From assembly GCA_030427365.1 (NCBI GenBank), contig JAUHWW010000001.1:31963-95962 (forward strand): a stretch of 64,000 nt of DNA, in the 5' to 3' direction. The position numbers were made by a program, and so were the translations under genes. Shown piece by piece: positions 9,031 to 18,948 of the stretch (positions are counted from its first letter, which is position 1; each line of letters begins with the position of its first letter). This DNA is from a bacterium (GTDB lineage Bacteria; Patescibacteriota; Saccharimonadia; Saccharimonadales; SZUA-47). Below the pieces are notes generated by a model, which saw only the letters and a program-made list of their open reading frames with translations, did no database searches and was not told the DNA's origin.

Positions 9031-10223
9031 TACTTAGCTCCTTTTAGGGTCACGCTGCACTTCACTTCAGGATTTGTAATCGATGGTACGCGCCTTTTTC
9101 CTTTCATCAGAAGTTGCACTGCATCCTCTTGCCAATCAAAAACCGTTACCCCGTCACCACCTAAAACTGCCAGGTCTACTGTATGTATGCCGTTATTCAG
9201 GTAGTTCGGCATGTCAAAGCTAACAAGATACCTTTCTTTTTCATTAAGACCAATTGTTTCAAGCTCTAATAATTTTGAATTGGAGGCTATAATAGACAAT
9301 CCTTCACCGTTCTTTATCGAAAATCCATAGACAATGTCCTGAATCTTTCTATGTGCTTTAATTTGAAATTTAATACTGATACCTGTTTTTGATGCTTTAG
9401 CCTGAATGTCTTCGATTGTCGCCTCCATTGTGCCCCACCGACTGTCACTATTTCTAGTTGAGAGTGATTCAGTTTCCGTAAATAGCTGCGTGTATTTCTT
9501 AGCGGCAGTCCTCGCATCGCCATACTCTGCTACCTTACCGTCGTCTATTAGAACTGCCTTGTCACAATACTCTCTAACTGCATCCATGTCATGGCTGACA
9601 AAAACGACCGTCTTCTTGTTTTTCTTCAGTGTCTTGAAATAATCAAAGCATTTCCGTTGAAAATCCGCATCACCAACGGCCAGCACTTCGTCTAGCAGCA
9701 GTATGTCTGAGTCGGCGAGGATGGTTGCAACAGAAAATGCCAGGCGTACCTGCATGCCCGAGCTGTAGTTCTTGAGCTTTTGACCCATGAACTTTTCGAG
9801 TTCTGCGAACTCAACAATAGCATCGTACTTTTCATCGACTTGTTTTTCAGTGAAGCCCAGCAGTGCGCCATTGAGATAGACGTTGTCACGACCACTAAGC
9901 TCTGGGTTAAACCCAACACCAAGTTCAATAAATGGTACGATTTTCCCTGTGGTTTCAATTGAACCTTTTGTAGGTTGGTAAATACCAGCAAGCATCTTGA
10001 GCAGCGTACTTTTTCCGCTTCCGTTGCGGCCAACAATGCCAAAGAATTCGCCCTTTTTTACCTCAAAACTAACCCCATGTAAGGCTTTCTGCACTTCGAA
10101 CTCGCGGTATTTTTTAAGCTTCGCCATGTTTGTAAACAAGGTCTTAATTGATCCGGCTTTTGACGTCGGCAAACGGAATGATTTGTGGACGTTCTTTACT
10201 GAAATGACTGTTTGATCATCCAT
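9030..10223 (-). CDS. wzt: Polysaccharide ABC transporter ATP-binding protein with C-terminal carbohydrate-binding domain
   Basis: GRNGSGKST Walker A, YSSGMQVRLAF signature, LLLDEVLAVGD; ~150-aa beta-rich C-terminal extension. Confidence 0.92.
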   Translation of the reverse strand: MDDQTVISVKNVHKSFRLPTSKAGSIKTLFTNMAKLKKYREFEVQKALHGVSFEVKKGEFFGIVGRNGSGKSTLLKMLAGIYQPTKGSIETTGKIVPFIELGVGFNPELSGRDNVYLNGALLGFTEKQVDEKYDAIVEFAELEKFMGQKLKNYSSGMQVRLAFSVATILADSDILLLDEVLAVGDADFQRKCFDYFKTLKKNKKTVVFVSHDMDAVREYCDKAVLIDDGKVAEYGDARTAAKKYTQLFTETESLSTRNSDSRWGTMEATIEDIQAKASKTGISIKFQIKAHRKIQDIVYGFSIKNGEGLSIIASNSKLLELETIGLNEKERYLVSFDMPNYLNNGIHTVDLAVLGGDGVTVFDWQEDAVQLLMKGKRRVPSITNPEVKCSVTLKGAK

Positions 10224-10225
10224 AA

Positions 10226-11047
10226 CTATATCTCCTCCGCAAAGGATTTGGCTTTTTTGCTGAAGTACAGTGATGAGACAGCAAAAATCAGAATTGTTAA
10301 AACGACAGGGACAATCCTAATTGCTTCGTTACCGTCAAATACATCGGCAATTGTCGCGGTGTCTTTGGACACGAGTAAATAGCGCATATCCTGGATGATC
10401 TGAGCCATCGGATTGAGCATGAGAGTCTTCTGTGCCCAGAGCGGCGCAAACGTGATCGGGAAAAGGATCGGCGTGAGATAGAACAAGGCCTGCATAACAA
10501 CATCCCATATGTAATTAACATCGCGCAGCTTTACATACGCTGTCGCCAGAAAATAGCCGATGCCCAGGCTAAGCACGAAAAGCTGGAGAAATAAAAGTGG
10601 CAACACAAGCGTTTCAAGCGATATGCTTGCGCCTCCGATAGCTAGGAACACGGCAACCACAAAGAGGTTAAGCGCTAGGTTGATAAGCGCAGAGTATGTG
10701 ACCGCCTGGACAATGACTTTTTTAGGAAAGTTTAATTTACGGATCAAATCGCCTTTTCCAACTATTGACGTGACGCTGCCCCCCGTGACCTCAGAGAAAA
10801 ATGACCAGATAACGATACCAAGCAGCAGATACGCCCCTGAGTTTTCTACGCCGTAGTCAACCTTCACGATTTCAACAAAGACGATATAGAGAATACCGAA
10901 TAGAAATAGCGGCTTTAAAAGCGACCATAGATAACCGAGGGCTGATCCCTGATAACGGAGCTTAAAATCAGTCTTAACAAGCTGCCGCAGCAATATCAAA
11001 GAATAAGCTGGACTTGTTCTTTTAACACTGTTCATTTTCACTACCAA
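10226..11047 (-). CDS. wzm: Polysaccharide ABC transporter permease
   Basis: DFKLRYQGSALGYLWSLLKP, FYLTPI and LNP motifs; adjacent to wzt. Exact start uncertain. Confidence 0.92.
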   Translation of the reverse strand: MVVKMNSVKRTSPAYSLILLRQLVKTDFKLRYQGSALGYLWSLLKPLFLFGILYIVFVEIVKVDYGVENSGAYLLLGIVIWSFFSEVTGGSVTSIVGKGDLIRKLNFPKKVIVQAVTYSALINLALNLFVVAVFLAIGGASISLETLVLPLLFLQLFVLSLGIGYFLATAYVKLRDVNYIWDVVMQALFYLTPILFPITFAPLWAQKTLMLNPMAQIIQDMRYLLVSKDTATIADVFDGNEAIRIVPVVLTILIFAVSSLYFSKKAKSFAEEI

Positions 11048-11097
11048 TAGTATACGTTACTACTCTAGAAAACCCTTGCAAATGCTATGATGGGTGC

Positions 11098-12045
11098 ATG
11101 AGAAAGACAGTTCTGGTCACAGGGGTTAATGGATTTGTTGGTCATCACGTTGCACGTTTGCTAGCAGAGCGTGGAGTTTCAGTTGTCGGTGTGGGCAATC
11201 AACCAGCACTAGAGGACGATCTGCAAGACGTTGTCGATACCTACACATCGTGTGACCTTACCGACCCTGACGAGGTTGCCTCAATCAATCTCAGCGATAT
11301 TGGCGCCATCATAAACCTAGCCGGATTCGCAAAAGTCGGTGATTCGCACGGTCAAGGAGACTTATACAACAAAGTAAACATTGGTGTCCACACCGTTCTG
11401 TACGATGAAGTGCTTCGCCAGAACATACGGCCACGAATCATCGCTGTCAGCACCGGCGCCGTCTACGATCCGAACCAGCCGCTACCAATTACCGAAGACT
11501 CTCAGCTTATCCCACGTGACAAGACGAACGAATACGTTGTTAGTAAACAAAAGATGGAGGAGGCGGTGCGCAGCTTTAGGGGCAAAGGTCTTGATGTGAT
11601 TATCGTGCGGCCTTTCAACCATTCAGGACCTGGCCAATTGCCAGGGTTTTTACTCCCTGATCTAGGCGAGCAAATCGCAGATGCATCACGAGACAACACA
11701 CCTCTACTCGTTGGTAACCTCGAAACAAAGCGTGATTATACTGACGTTCGAGATGTTGCGAGAGCCTACGTCGAACTAGCGCTGGCCGATTCCCTCAACT
11801 ATGACCTGTACAACATCTGCTCCGGTCAAAGCACGAAAGGCACCGATATCTTAGATTTGCTAAAAAAAGCCTTTGGTGCAAGCGATGTTGAGGTAAAAGT
11901 TGACCAATCACGCATCCGCCCAAATGATGTCATGGATATTTATGGTTCACGACAACGATTGACAGATGACACTGGCTGGGAACCGCAATTTAGCGTCGAG
12001 CAAATGGTGCGTGATTACGCTGCCTGGAAACAACTCAATGATTAA
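11098..12045 (+). CDS. NAD-dependent epimerase/dehydratase, likely GDP-4-keto-6-deoxy-D-mannose reductase (Rmd-like)
   Basis: TGVNGFVG, YxxSK, RPFNHSGPGQ and GNLETKRDYTDVRD motifs; gmd is nearby. Confidence 0.75.
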   Translation: MRKTVLVTGVNGFVGHHVARLLAERGVSVVGVGNQPALEDDLQDVVDTYTSCDLTDPDEVASINLSDIGAIINLAGFAKVGDSHGQGDLYNKVNIGVHTVLYDEVLRQNIRPRIIAVSTGAVYDPNQPLPITEDSQLIPRDKTNEYVVSKQKMEEAVRSFRGKGLDVIIVRPFNHSGPGQLPGFLLPDLGEQIADASRDNTPLLVGNLETKRDYTDVRDVARAYVELALADSLNYDLYNICSGQSTKGTDILDLLKKAFGASDVEVKVDQSRIRPNDVMDIYGSRQRLTDDTGWEPQFSVEQMVRDYAAWKQLND

Positions 12046-12568
12046 TAAGTGGAAGAAGATTTCATCAAAGAAGCTATTCTCTCATCCACGGTTGTCCCTG
12101 TACGAAGATAAAGCGCAGCTCCCAAACGGGAAAATCGTTGACTATCTGCATTTTGGCGACATGCCCGATACAGCCATGGTTATTGCAAAACGAGAAGACG
12201 GGAAGCTCCTCATGCAAAAAGAGTACAGTTACCCTCCTGACGAGGTGTTATTGCAGTTTCCTGGTGGTGTCGTCGAAAAAGGTGAAGACCCTGAAACGGG
12301 TGCAGCTCGAGAATTAGCAGAAGAAGGAAAACTAAAAGGTACCTTGCAGAAAATCGGATGGATGTATTTCAACAACAGAAGGACTGGCAGTAAGATGCAC
12401 TTTTTTGTGGCAACGAACCTGGAAAAACTCAACCTTCCAGCTGATCCTGAAGAGTTTCTTGAAGATCACTGGCTCACCGAAGCCGAGATTGACAAGCTAA
12501 TTGCGACAAACGAAATCCGCCACTACACAGCCCTCGCAGGCTGGACGTTTTATAAGAGCAGACTTTAA
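12038..12568 (+). CDS. NUDIX hydrolase (ADP-sugar pyrophosphatase-like)
   Basis: PGGVVEKGEDPETGAARELAEE Nudix box; start moved to the ATG at 12038, which overlaps the upstream stop. Confidence 0.88.
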   Translation: MINKWKKISSKKLFSHPRLSLYEDKAQLPNGKIVDYLHFGDMPDTAMVIAKREDGKLLMQKEYSYPPDEVLLQFPGGVVEKGEDPETGAARELAEEGKLKGTLQKIGWMYFNNRRTGSKMHFFVATNLEKLNLPADPEEFLEDHWLTEAEIDKLIATNEIRHYTALAGWTFYKSRL

Positions 12569-12581
12569 GGCCATAGCGAGC

Positions 12582-13040
12582 TTAGCGAATATTTTCTAAC
12601 CCAAGGCGTAGATAATGAGCGTACATTGCACCTACTCTTTTGGGTATTTCCTTCGTTATCATCATCTCACTAAAATGATCTTTATTCATCACAATATGTT
12701 CATCACCCGCAAGCTCAATCAAATAGCATGTTGAGATGTCTTGGCGATTTTTCTCTGTCTTGAATTTTCCAACATATTGACCAACTAATACTTTATTGGT
12801 TGTATCTACGTTTATTCCCAATTCATTCTTGGCAATTCTCTTTAATGTATCTTCGATGGTTTCGCCTTTGTACATTCTAAGTCCAGGTAGCGCCCAGACA
12901 TTTTTGTAAGGCTCGATTTTTCTTTTAAGAACAATGAAGCCGCTGTCTCCGTAGCGCAGCAACAAATCAAAAGTTGGAATAACCGACCACTCAAGTATTT
13001 CTTCGAAAACTTCTCGTGGTGCAAATTTTGGATGGCCCAT
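12582..13040 (-). CDS. NUDIX hydrolase, GDP-mannose mannosyl hydrolase-like
   Basis: WALPGLRMYKGETIEDTLKRIAKNELG variant Nudix box; directly downstream of gmd. Confidence 0.7.
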   Translation of the reverse strand: MGHPKFAPREVFEEILEWSVIPTFDLLLRYGDSGFIVLKRKIEPYKNVWALPGLRMYKGETIEDTLKRIAKNELGINVDTTNKVLVGQYVGKFKTEKNRQDISTCYLIELAGDEHIVMNKDHFSEMMITKEIPKRVGAMYAHYLRLGLENIR

Positions 13041-13046
13041 TAGAAG

Positions 13047-14081
13047 CTAAGCTTCGACTTCGAGGTCTTTTTCCACCATCAATTTGACGAGGCCTGGGAA
13101 GTCTACGTTACGTTTCCAGCCAAGTTCTTCTTCAGCAGCAGTCGGATTACCAAGAAGTAGATTAACTTCTGCGGGACGATAAAACTGAGGGTTCACCTTG
13201 ACTCTGACGATGCCGTTTTGATCAACGCCTTCTTCATCTTCTGCTTCACCGCGCCATGAAATGTCGAGACCAATTTCCTTAAATGCTAGTTCAACGAATT
13301 CGCGCACTGAGTGCGTTTCACCAGTCGCTAGAACGTAGTCTTTCGGTTTGTCTTGCTGCAGCATTCGCCACATTCCCTCGACATAGTCTCCTGCATAGCC
13401 CCAGTCACGCTTTGAGTCCATGTTGCCGAGCTCCATAAACTCTTGCTTACCGTGTTTGATGCGCGCGACGGTCTTCGTAATTTTGCGTGTGACAAATTCC
13501 GGTCCGCGCCTGTCACCCTCGTGGTTAAACAATATGCCGCTGAGCGCGAACATGCCGTAACTTTCACGGTAATTTTGCGTAATCCAATGTCCGTACAGCT
13601 TCGCGACACCGTATGGGCTGCGCGGATGAAAGGTTGACTCTTCGGTGTAACCAGTTTCTGGGCGGTTATAATCAAGTCCGCCAAACATTTCTGATGTCGA
13701 TGCCTGGTAAAATCGTGTTTTATCTGCGAGACCAGCAAGGCGAATCGCCTCCAAGACGTTCGTAACGCCTTTGCCGGTAACGTCTGCTGTTAGTAGCGGG
13801 TCTCTGAATGAATAGCCGACATGGCTGATTGCAGCAAGATTGTACACCTCATCTGGCTGAATTTCTTGCATTGCATGCGTCAACGAGGATAGGTCAAGCA
13901 AGTCTGCAAAAACGAGATTAACGTATGGAAACTCTTCGAGGAATTTCTGAGCGCGAGGGTGAGAAGCCTCCATCTGACCGCGCATGACGCCATAGACTTT
14001 GTAGCCCTTATCATTTAATAACTTGGCAAGATGTCCACCATCCTGTCCATTAACTCCGGTAATAAATGCTGTTTTACTCAT
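13047..14081 (-). CDS. gmd: GDP-mannose 4,6-dehydratase
   Basis: ITGVNGQDG, YQASTSEMFG, PRSPYGVAKLY, FVTRKIT and RDWG motifs. Confidence 0.97.
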   Translation of the reverse strand: MSKTAFITGVNGQDGGHLAKLLNDKGYKVYGVMRGQMEASHPRAQKFLEEFPYVNLVFADLLDLSSLTHAMQEIQPDEVYNLAAISHVGYSFRDPLLTADVTGKGVTNVLEAIRLAGLADKTRFYQASTSEMFGGLDYNRPETGYTEESTFHPRSPYGVAKLYGHWITQNYRESYGMFALSGILFNHEGDRRGPEFVTRKITKTVARIKHGKQEFMELGNMDSKRDWGYAGDYVEGMWRMLQQDKPKDYVLATGETHSVREFVELAFKEIGLDISWRGEAEDEEGVDQNGIVRVKVNPQFYRPAEVNLLLGNPTAAEEELGWKRNVDFPGLVKLMVEKDLEVEA

Positions 14082-14109
14082 ATAAAAATTATAGCAGGTG
14101 CCCGAAGGG

Positions 14110-15459
14110 TTATTTTCTTGATTTCGTTGCAGTATTTACAGAGCCGATGGCTGCACCGGTGAGGAGCCACCACTGGAGGGCTATGGCTTCGTTGGACCAA
14201 AGATGGATGAGAAGGCTATAAAACAGAAGCCCGGCTAGTGAGGCAAGCAGTATTACTGCAAGCGATGAAGCTTCTGATTTCTTATTGCAAGAAATTTGCA
14301 ATTGGCGAGCAAGCAGATAGATGATTGCGACGAATAACGCCAATCCTAGCCAGCCGACTTCGTACGCCACCTGCAAATAATAGTTTTCCGTCAGCAATCC
14401 GCCTTTTGGATTGGTGATGGCGACCAGTCCTGCACTTCCCGGCCCCTCTCCAAGCGGTGTCTCTGCGATGTCCTCGAGCGCTTCAGCTTGCAGACTCACG
14501 CGTTTTGCATTCGGATCCTGCTCGTCGGTGCTGACGGCAGCGTGCAGGACGTAGTCTTGTACGAAAGCGCTGTTACGCGCTGCGTAGACCGTACCGATGC
14601 TGAAGATGAGCGTGAGGATGAGGGGCAGCCCAAACTTTTTAGCAAACAGGATGAGTTTCTCGCGGCTGATGAGAAAAACGAGGACGGCAGACGAAATAGC
14701 CAGCCCGAGCAAAGCCCCCCGAGAAAACGTTAGCCAGAGCGCAAATAGATGTATAGCCAACAGAACGCTCAAGGTTTCGCGGCGTAATGGCCTGATAAAT
14801 AACTGTTTGTTGGCTGCCCTGCTTTTCAGGCTGTAGCCGAGCGCCAGAATCGGCAGGATGAGGTAGGCGCCAAGCGAGTTTGGATCTTTCAGCGTGCTCA
14901 TAACGCGCGGCAATTCTGGCCGATCATCAATGAAAAACAGAGGCTTCACCCCCCGCTCGAGCGAGTATCCAACGTTTTCGAGCAGATCAGGCGGGAGAAA
15001 ATATTGCATGACGCCGAAGAGCGCGACTAGCGAGGAGACCAACACCGCTGCCGTCATAAGGATTTTTAAATGGCGCTGCGGCGTTTTACTCAGACGAAGC
15101 GCAACGTAGCCGAGCAAGAAGTAGCCCATCAGCCGCGTGTTGTAGACGCTGGCGACAATCGTAGAATAGGTATCATCGTTTTGATCAAATAGGACAAATA
15201 ACAGATGTAAAAAAGCATAGCAAGCGCTTAAAATAACGATTAATCTGAAGTGTTTATCGCGAAACAGATCCTTGCGCCACGCCAGGAATAACAGCAGTGG
15301 CACGAGAGCAAACAATAGAACGTCCTTTGCCGCCTTCCACACTTCCAGCCCGCCAGTCAGCAAACTCGCCGACTGCACAATAAACACATGCAGCGGCATA
15401 TAGATAACGAACGCGAGTGATAAGTAAAAGGTAAAGGGTAGAACGTAGCGCTGAATCAT
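14110..15459 (-). CDS. O-antigen ligase (Wzy_C/WaaL-like) family membrane protein
   Basis: Multiple TM helices; RVMSTLKDPNSLG, TFSRGA, GEGPG and ENYYLQVAYEVGWLG motifs; start taken at MIQRY. Confidence 0.85.
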   Translation of the reverse strand: MIQRYVLPFTFYLSLAFVIYMPLHVFIVQSASLLTGGLEVWKAAKDVLLFALVPLLLFLAWRKDLFRDKHFRLIVILSACYAFLHLLFVLFDQNDDTYSTIVASVYNTRLMGYFLLGYVALRLSKTPQRHLKILMTAAVLVSSLVALFGVMQYFLPPDLLENVGYSLERGVKPLFFIDDRPELPRVMSTLKDPNSLGAYLILPILALGYSLKSRAANKQLFIRPLRRETLSVLLAIHLFALWLTFSRGALLGLAISSAVLVFLISREKLILFAKKFGLPLILTLIFSIGTVYAARNSAFVQDYVLHAAVSTDEQDPNAKRVSLQAEALEDIAETPLGEGPGSAGLVAITNPKGGLLTENYYLQVAYEVGWLGLALFVAIIYLLARQLQISCNKKSEASSLAVILLASLAGLLFYSLLIHLWSNEAIALQWWLLTGAAIGSVNTATKSRK

Positions 15460-15602
15460 TACTACTAGTGTAGCGACTGAAGACAAAAACAAGAAGCTAA
15501 CCTAAAAGCGGATTCCTGTCCCGTACGCAGACTTGTCTTGCTACGGGATAAATCCGCTTTTGCTTTCTTTGAGAAAAGTTCGAAACAGTTTACACTTGAG
15601 AC

Positions 15603-16121
15603 ATGAAAAAGCTTAAGCATTTGCATCCGGTGAAGCGATGGAAGAAGTTAAGTGACACCAAACGACTGTTTGTTGCTCTATCTGTCTTCGTGATAGTTGT
15701 AGGTGGCTTGATTGGGTGGGCACAATACCAAGATTGGCGCAATGAACAGCTGTTGCGAAATATATCTGCTGATTTTGCACAGTTAGAGCGTGATCTGGAG
15801 GCAGAGCTAGGTATCGATGTTGAAAATAAGAGTGGCTGTTTCACGACCCAGGAGAAATTTGGTGACGGGAAAACTGGATGTTTTATGCGACTTGAGACAA
15901 CATCAGGAGAAAAAACAGATGCAAATAAACTCGACTTTATAGTTAGCTCAAATACAGTGTTTAAAGATAGATCTCAATTTAGAGAACAGGGTTTTTCAGC
16001 TACCTACGGAGGCTGGGAGTGTACATATGGTACGTGGATTTTTGGAGATGCTGTGCTTTATCTTGAGTGCCCTGTTCCAGTCAGAGCCGGAAACGCCAGC
16101 CTCGTCGATGAGTTGTTCTAG
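15603..16121 (+). CDS. Hypothetical membrane-anchored protein with four Cys
   Basis: Single N-terminal TM; TACACT -10 box 6 nt upstream of ATG. Confidence 0.7.
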   Translation: MKKLKHLHPVKRWKKLSDTKRLFVALSVFVIVVGGLIGWAQYQDWRNEQLLRNISADFAQLERDLEAELGIDVENKSGCFTTQEKFGDGKTGCFMRLETTSGEKTDANKLDFIVSSNTVFKDRSQFREQGFSATYGGWECTYGTWIFGDAVLYLECPVPVRAGNASLVDELF

Positions 16122-18912
16122 GCTGTTTATCAACCACCGGGCAATCAAATTTATCGTATAGTTTTTGCACAAGTGGCCTTAGGAATCGTGGCAGAGCTGT
16201 TTCAAGCTTGCGCAACACTTTGCAGATTTGTGGCTCAGGTTCTGGTGGTTCAGGTGGGTTAACAACTGGAATAACCTCATCGTCGCAAGAATCATCCACC
16301 CCGTCCTGATCTTCGTCAGTTCCGCTATTTTGAATGGTGCTGCATGAGTCTTCTTCATTTGGCACGCCATCTCCGTCAAAGTCGATGTCAGATGATGCAA
16401 TCATGATCGGCTCATATATTGTCACTTCTTGGCCAAACTTATCTGTTCCAGTAATAAAGACTGTATGCGTACCAGGTTCGATAGACTCAGGAACATCTAC
16501 TTCAAAGCGCAATACCCCATTTTCATCCACAGTGTAGGTGCCTAGGTCGGTTGGCGTTGACTCTATCCAAGACTCCGCCTCGCTGCCAGCAAGCATGTTA
16601 TCTAAAATAAAGACGAACCTTTGTCCCGTGCTTGCACCCAGGCTCAGCAGTGAACCAGCCTGAGGCACCACCAAAACACTGCTACCAAACTGACTATTCT
16701 CCGCGTTCACATAAGCCCTCGTGAGTTCGCCAAAAACGCCTTCCGGGGGCAATGGGATGTTTTGTGGTTGCGGCTCTGGCATTGCAGCCGTTAAGTCGTT
16801 AGTGGCCAGCTGAATTCGCTCTGCGTACTTCTCATGACCTGCTGGGCGAGGATGGTATGTCTCGTTTCCTGCACAACCAGCGCGCCATGAGCAAAGTCCA
16901 ACACCTAATATTCCTGGGTCTATATCATTCCCACCTGTAATGCCATTAAACAATAGTTCATCGTTATCTCTTGTGTCACACAACCTGCCACCAATTAAAA
17001 TATCTTCAACATCAACATAGAAAACGCCTGCTTCTAATGCCGCCGCCTCTATGATGTCATTCATATAAGAGACTCCCTGGGAGGCAGCGATGCGTTCCTG
17101 CAGGTTTAGCTGCACATTGAAATTGCACGTTTCAACTCCTTCAATTTCTGGATTCAGAAATTGTGGGTAACCATGAACATACACACGAGCTTCAGGTGCA
17201 CTTGTTTTAACCTTTTTAAATGACTCAACGAGTCGATGTTTTTGCTGGGCCATTCTCACTCCAAGGTAATCGTTACCGATAGAACCTTCGCTTGCCTGAT
17301 CACACGTGAGACTGTCTGGTCTCGGCCCAAGACACGACATAATAAAACCACCAAAATCCGCGTCATTTCCACCTATTGATATTGAAATCGCCTCGGGCTG
17401 TAAATTATTAACCTGCATTAAATCGATTTGTGATCTATAACCTGGTTGAAAGACTCCTAGAGTTGTTCCATCGATTGGTCGAAACTGATTATCTGTATCT
17501 TGAAATGCAGTTGCATCACCGTCACCTTCAAAAATTCCAGTGCCGCCAATAATATTGTGAATCTTGGCGCCGGAGCAGGCGACTGAATGGAATAAACCAT
17601 CGGCTGGTGGCGTAGATGGAGAGCTCAAATAGCCAAGGTCTACAGCCATCAAGTAAGGATAGCTGCGACGTGACAAATGACAGAGGTTGCGGCCAGCAAA
17701 AGTTTCTTTATCGCCCTGCTCGTCAGTTCCTGGCTCATACCACTCGCCGCCTTGCAGATCACCCTCACCAGACACAAAACTATCACCCATTGCCAAATAA
17801 CCTTGGGCTGTTGAGACATAATCTTCAGCCGTAATCGCAATTTCTCTCCATGTGTAGTCAGGCTGACCTGAAAACTTCTCGCCGAACGCAAAGGTGAGCG
17901 TATCACCCACTAAATCAAAATATGCGCGTCTGTATTGGCGGTTTGCATTACCCGAATATATGTCGATGATCCCATTGCTATGCGCGTACTCGAGCAGATT
18001 TCCTGACACCACGCAGCCTGGTGGATTCTCGGCGAATCCATGATTTTGCCAGCTACCAAACGCGTAGGTGCTCTCGCAACCCTCAGAATCAACAACTGAT
18101 AATGAGTTGCTGGTTTGGTGTGCTATGTAGCGTCCGTTTGAGCTAATTGAAAGAGAAATCGACCGATTACTGTTGCCAGGAACGTATTTCACAGGTGTCA
18201 TTTCTAGCGTATCGAGATCGATCTTATGTAGCCACACGCCCGCCTGCGCCACAACATAGCGTCCATTCGGTGAAAAAGCGTGGATCGTCACTTCATATTC
18301 GTTGCCATTACTGTACGTGAAAGGAATCCGAGCTGTTGATAACCCGTTAAACCGATGAATCACCTGGATATTGAGCTGCCTGCCGAGCGATGTGTCATCG
18401 CGGAAATTTGGGGCGTAGGCTAACCGGTACGTCGCACTAGATGGAAAGCGCCAATTCTTCAGCAAGACATGCGGGCCTGATGGTGCCGGGCTCGGTACTT
18501 CCGATCCGGTATCAAGCTCCATATAGTTGGTTAACCCGCCTGCTGGCGCGTACAACTTCTTGCTAGAGATATCCGGATTGTTGAAGTTACCTTGGGCGTT
18601 TCGATAAACGCACTGGTTCGCCTGGATCTGAATAGTGTCAAAACTGTTTAATAACTCGACTATTGAAAGGTTTGACCCTGTTGGGCCGCGAACAACTCGC
18701 TCCAAAACTGTTTGAAGTTCACAATTAGGGTCTATGGTAGTTAACGCTTCTGGGATTGAGCCGCGGTCTTCAAATGATAGTTGGCCGTCCCAGAGGTGAT
18801 TAGGAGCCTCTTGAGCTGTTGCCGTCTGGAAAGCTGGGGTAGATGAGAATAAAAGCGTGACAGACAATAAGACAGCAAACGCAAAACTCACAAAACGCCT
18901 CATAGGCTTCAC
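16081..18912 (-). CDS. Secreted SGNH/GDSL hydrolase (SEST-like) with propeller-like N-terminus and thrombospondin type-3 Ca-binding repeats
   Basis: Signal peptide; AMGDSF, VACSGA, SIGGND and YHP blocks; DFDGDGVPNEEDSC and DEDQDGVDDSCD repeats. Confidence 0.82.
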   Translation of the reverse strand: MKPMRRFVSFAFAVLLSVTLLFSSTPAFQTATAQEAPNHLWDGQLSFEDRGSIPEALTTIDPNCELQTVLERVVRGPTGSNLSIVELLNSFDTIQIQANQCVYRNAQGNFNNPDISSKKLYAPAGGLTNYMELDTGSEVPSPAPSGPHVLLKNWRFPSSATYRLAYAPNFRDDTSLGRQLNIQVIHRFNGLSTARIPFTYSNGNEYEVTIHAFSPNGRYVVAQAGVWLHKIDLDTLEMTPVKYVPGNSNRSISLSISSNGRYIAHQTSNSLSVVDSEGCESTYAFGSWQNHGFAENPPGCVVSGNLLEYAHSNGIIDIYSGNANRQYRRAYFDLVGDTLTFAFGEKFSGQPDYTWREIAITAEDYVSTAQGYLAMGDSFVSGEGDLQGGEWYEPGTDEQGDKETFAGRNLCHLSRRSYPYLMAVDLGYLSSPSTPPADGLFHSVACSGAKIHNIIGGTGIFEGDGDATAFQDTDNQFRPIDGTTLGVFQPGYRSQIDLMQVNNLQPEAISISIGGNDADFGGFIMSCLGPRPDSLTCDQASEGSIGNDYLGVRMAQQKHRLVESFKKVKTSAPEARVYVHGYPQFLNPEIEGVETCNFNVQLNLQERIAASQGVSYMNDIIEAAALEAGVFYVDVEDILIGGRLCDTRDNDELLFNGITGGNDIDPGILGVGLCSWRAGCAGNETYHPRPAGHEKYAERIQLATNDLTAAMPEPQPQNIPLPPEGVFGELTRAYVNAENSQFGSSVLVVPQAGSLLSLGASTGQRFVFILDNMLAGSEAESWIESTPTDLGTYTVDENGVLRFEVDVPESIEPGTHTVFITGTDKFGQEVTIYEPIMIASSDIDFDGDGVPNEEDSCSTIQNSGTDEDQDGVDDSCDDEVIPVVNPPEPPEPEPQICKVLRKLETALPRFLRPLVQKLYDKFDCPVVDKQPRTTHRRGWRFRL

Positions 18913-18948
18913 TATACAAGAATTAGTTACCGTGTAAAGTGATCATGG

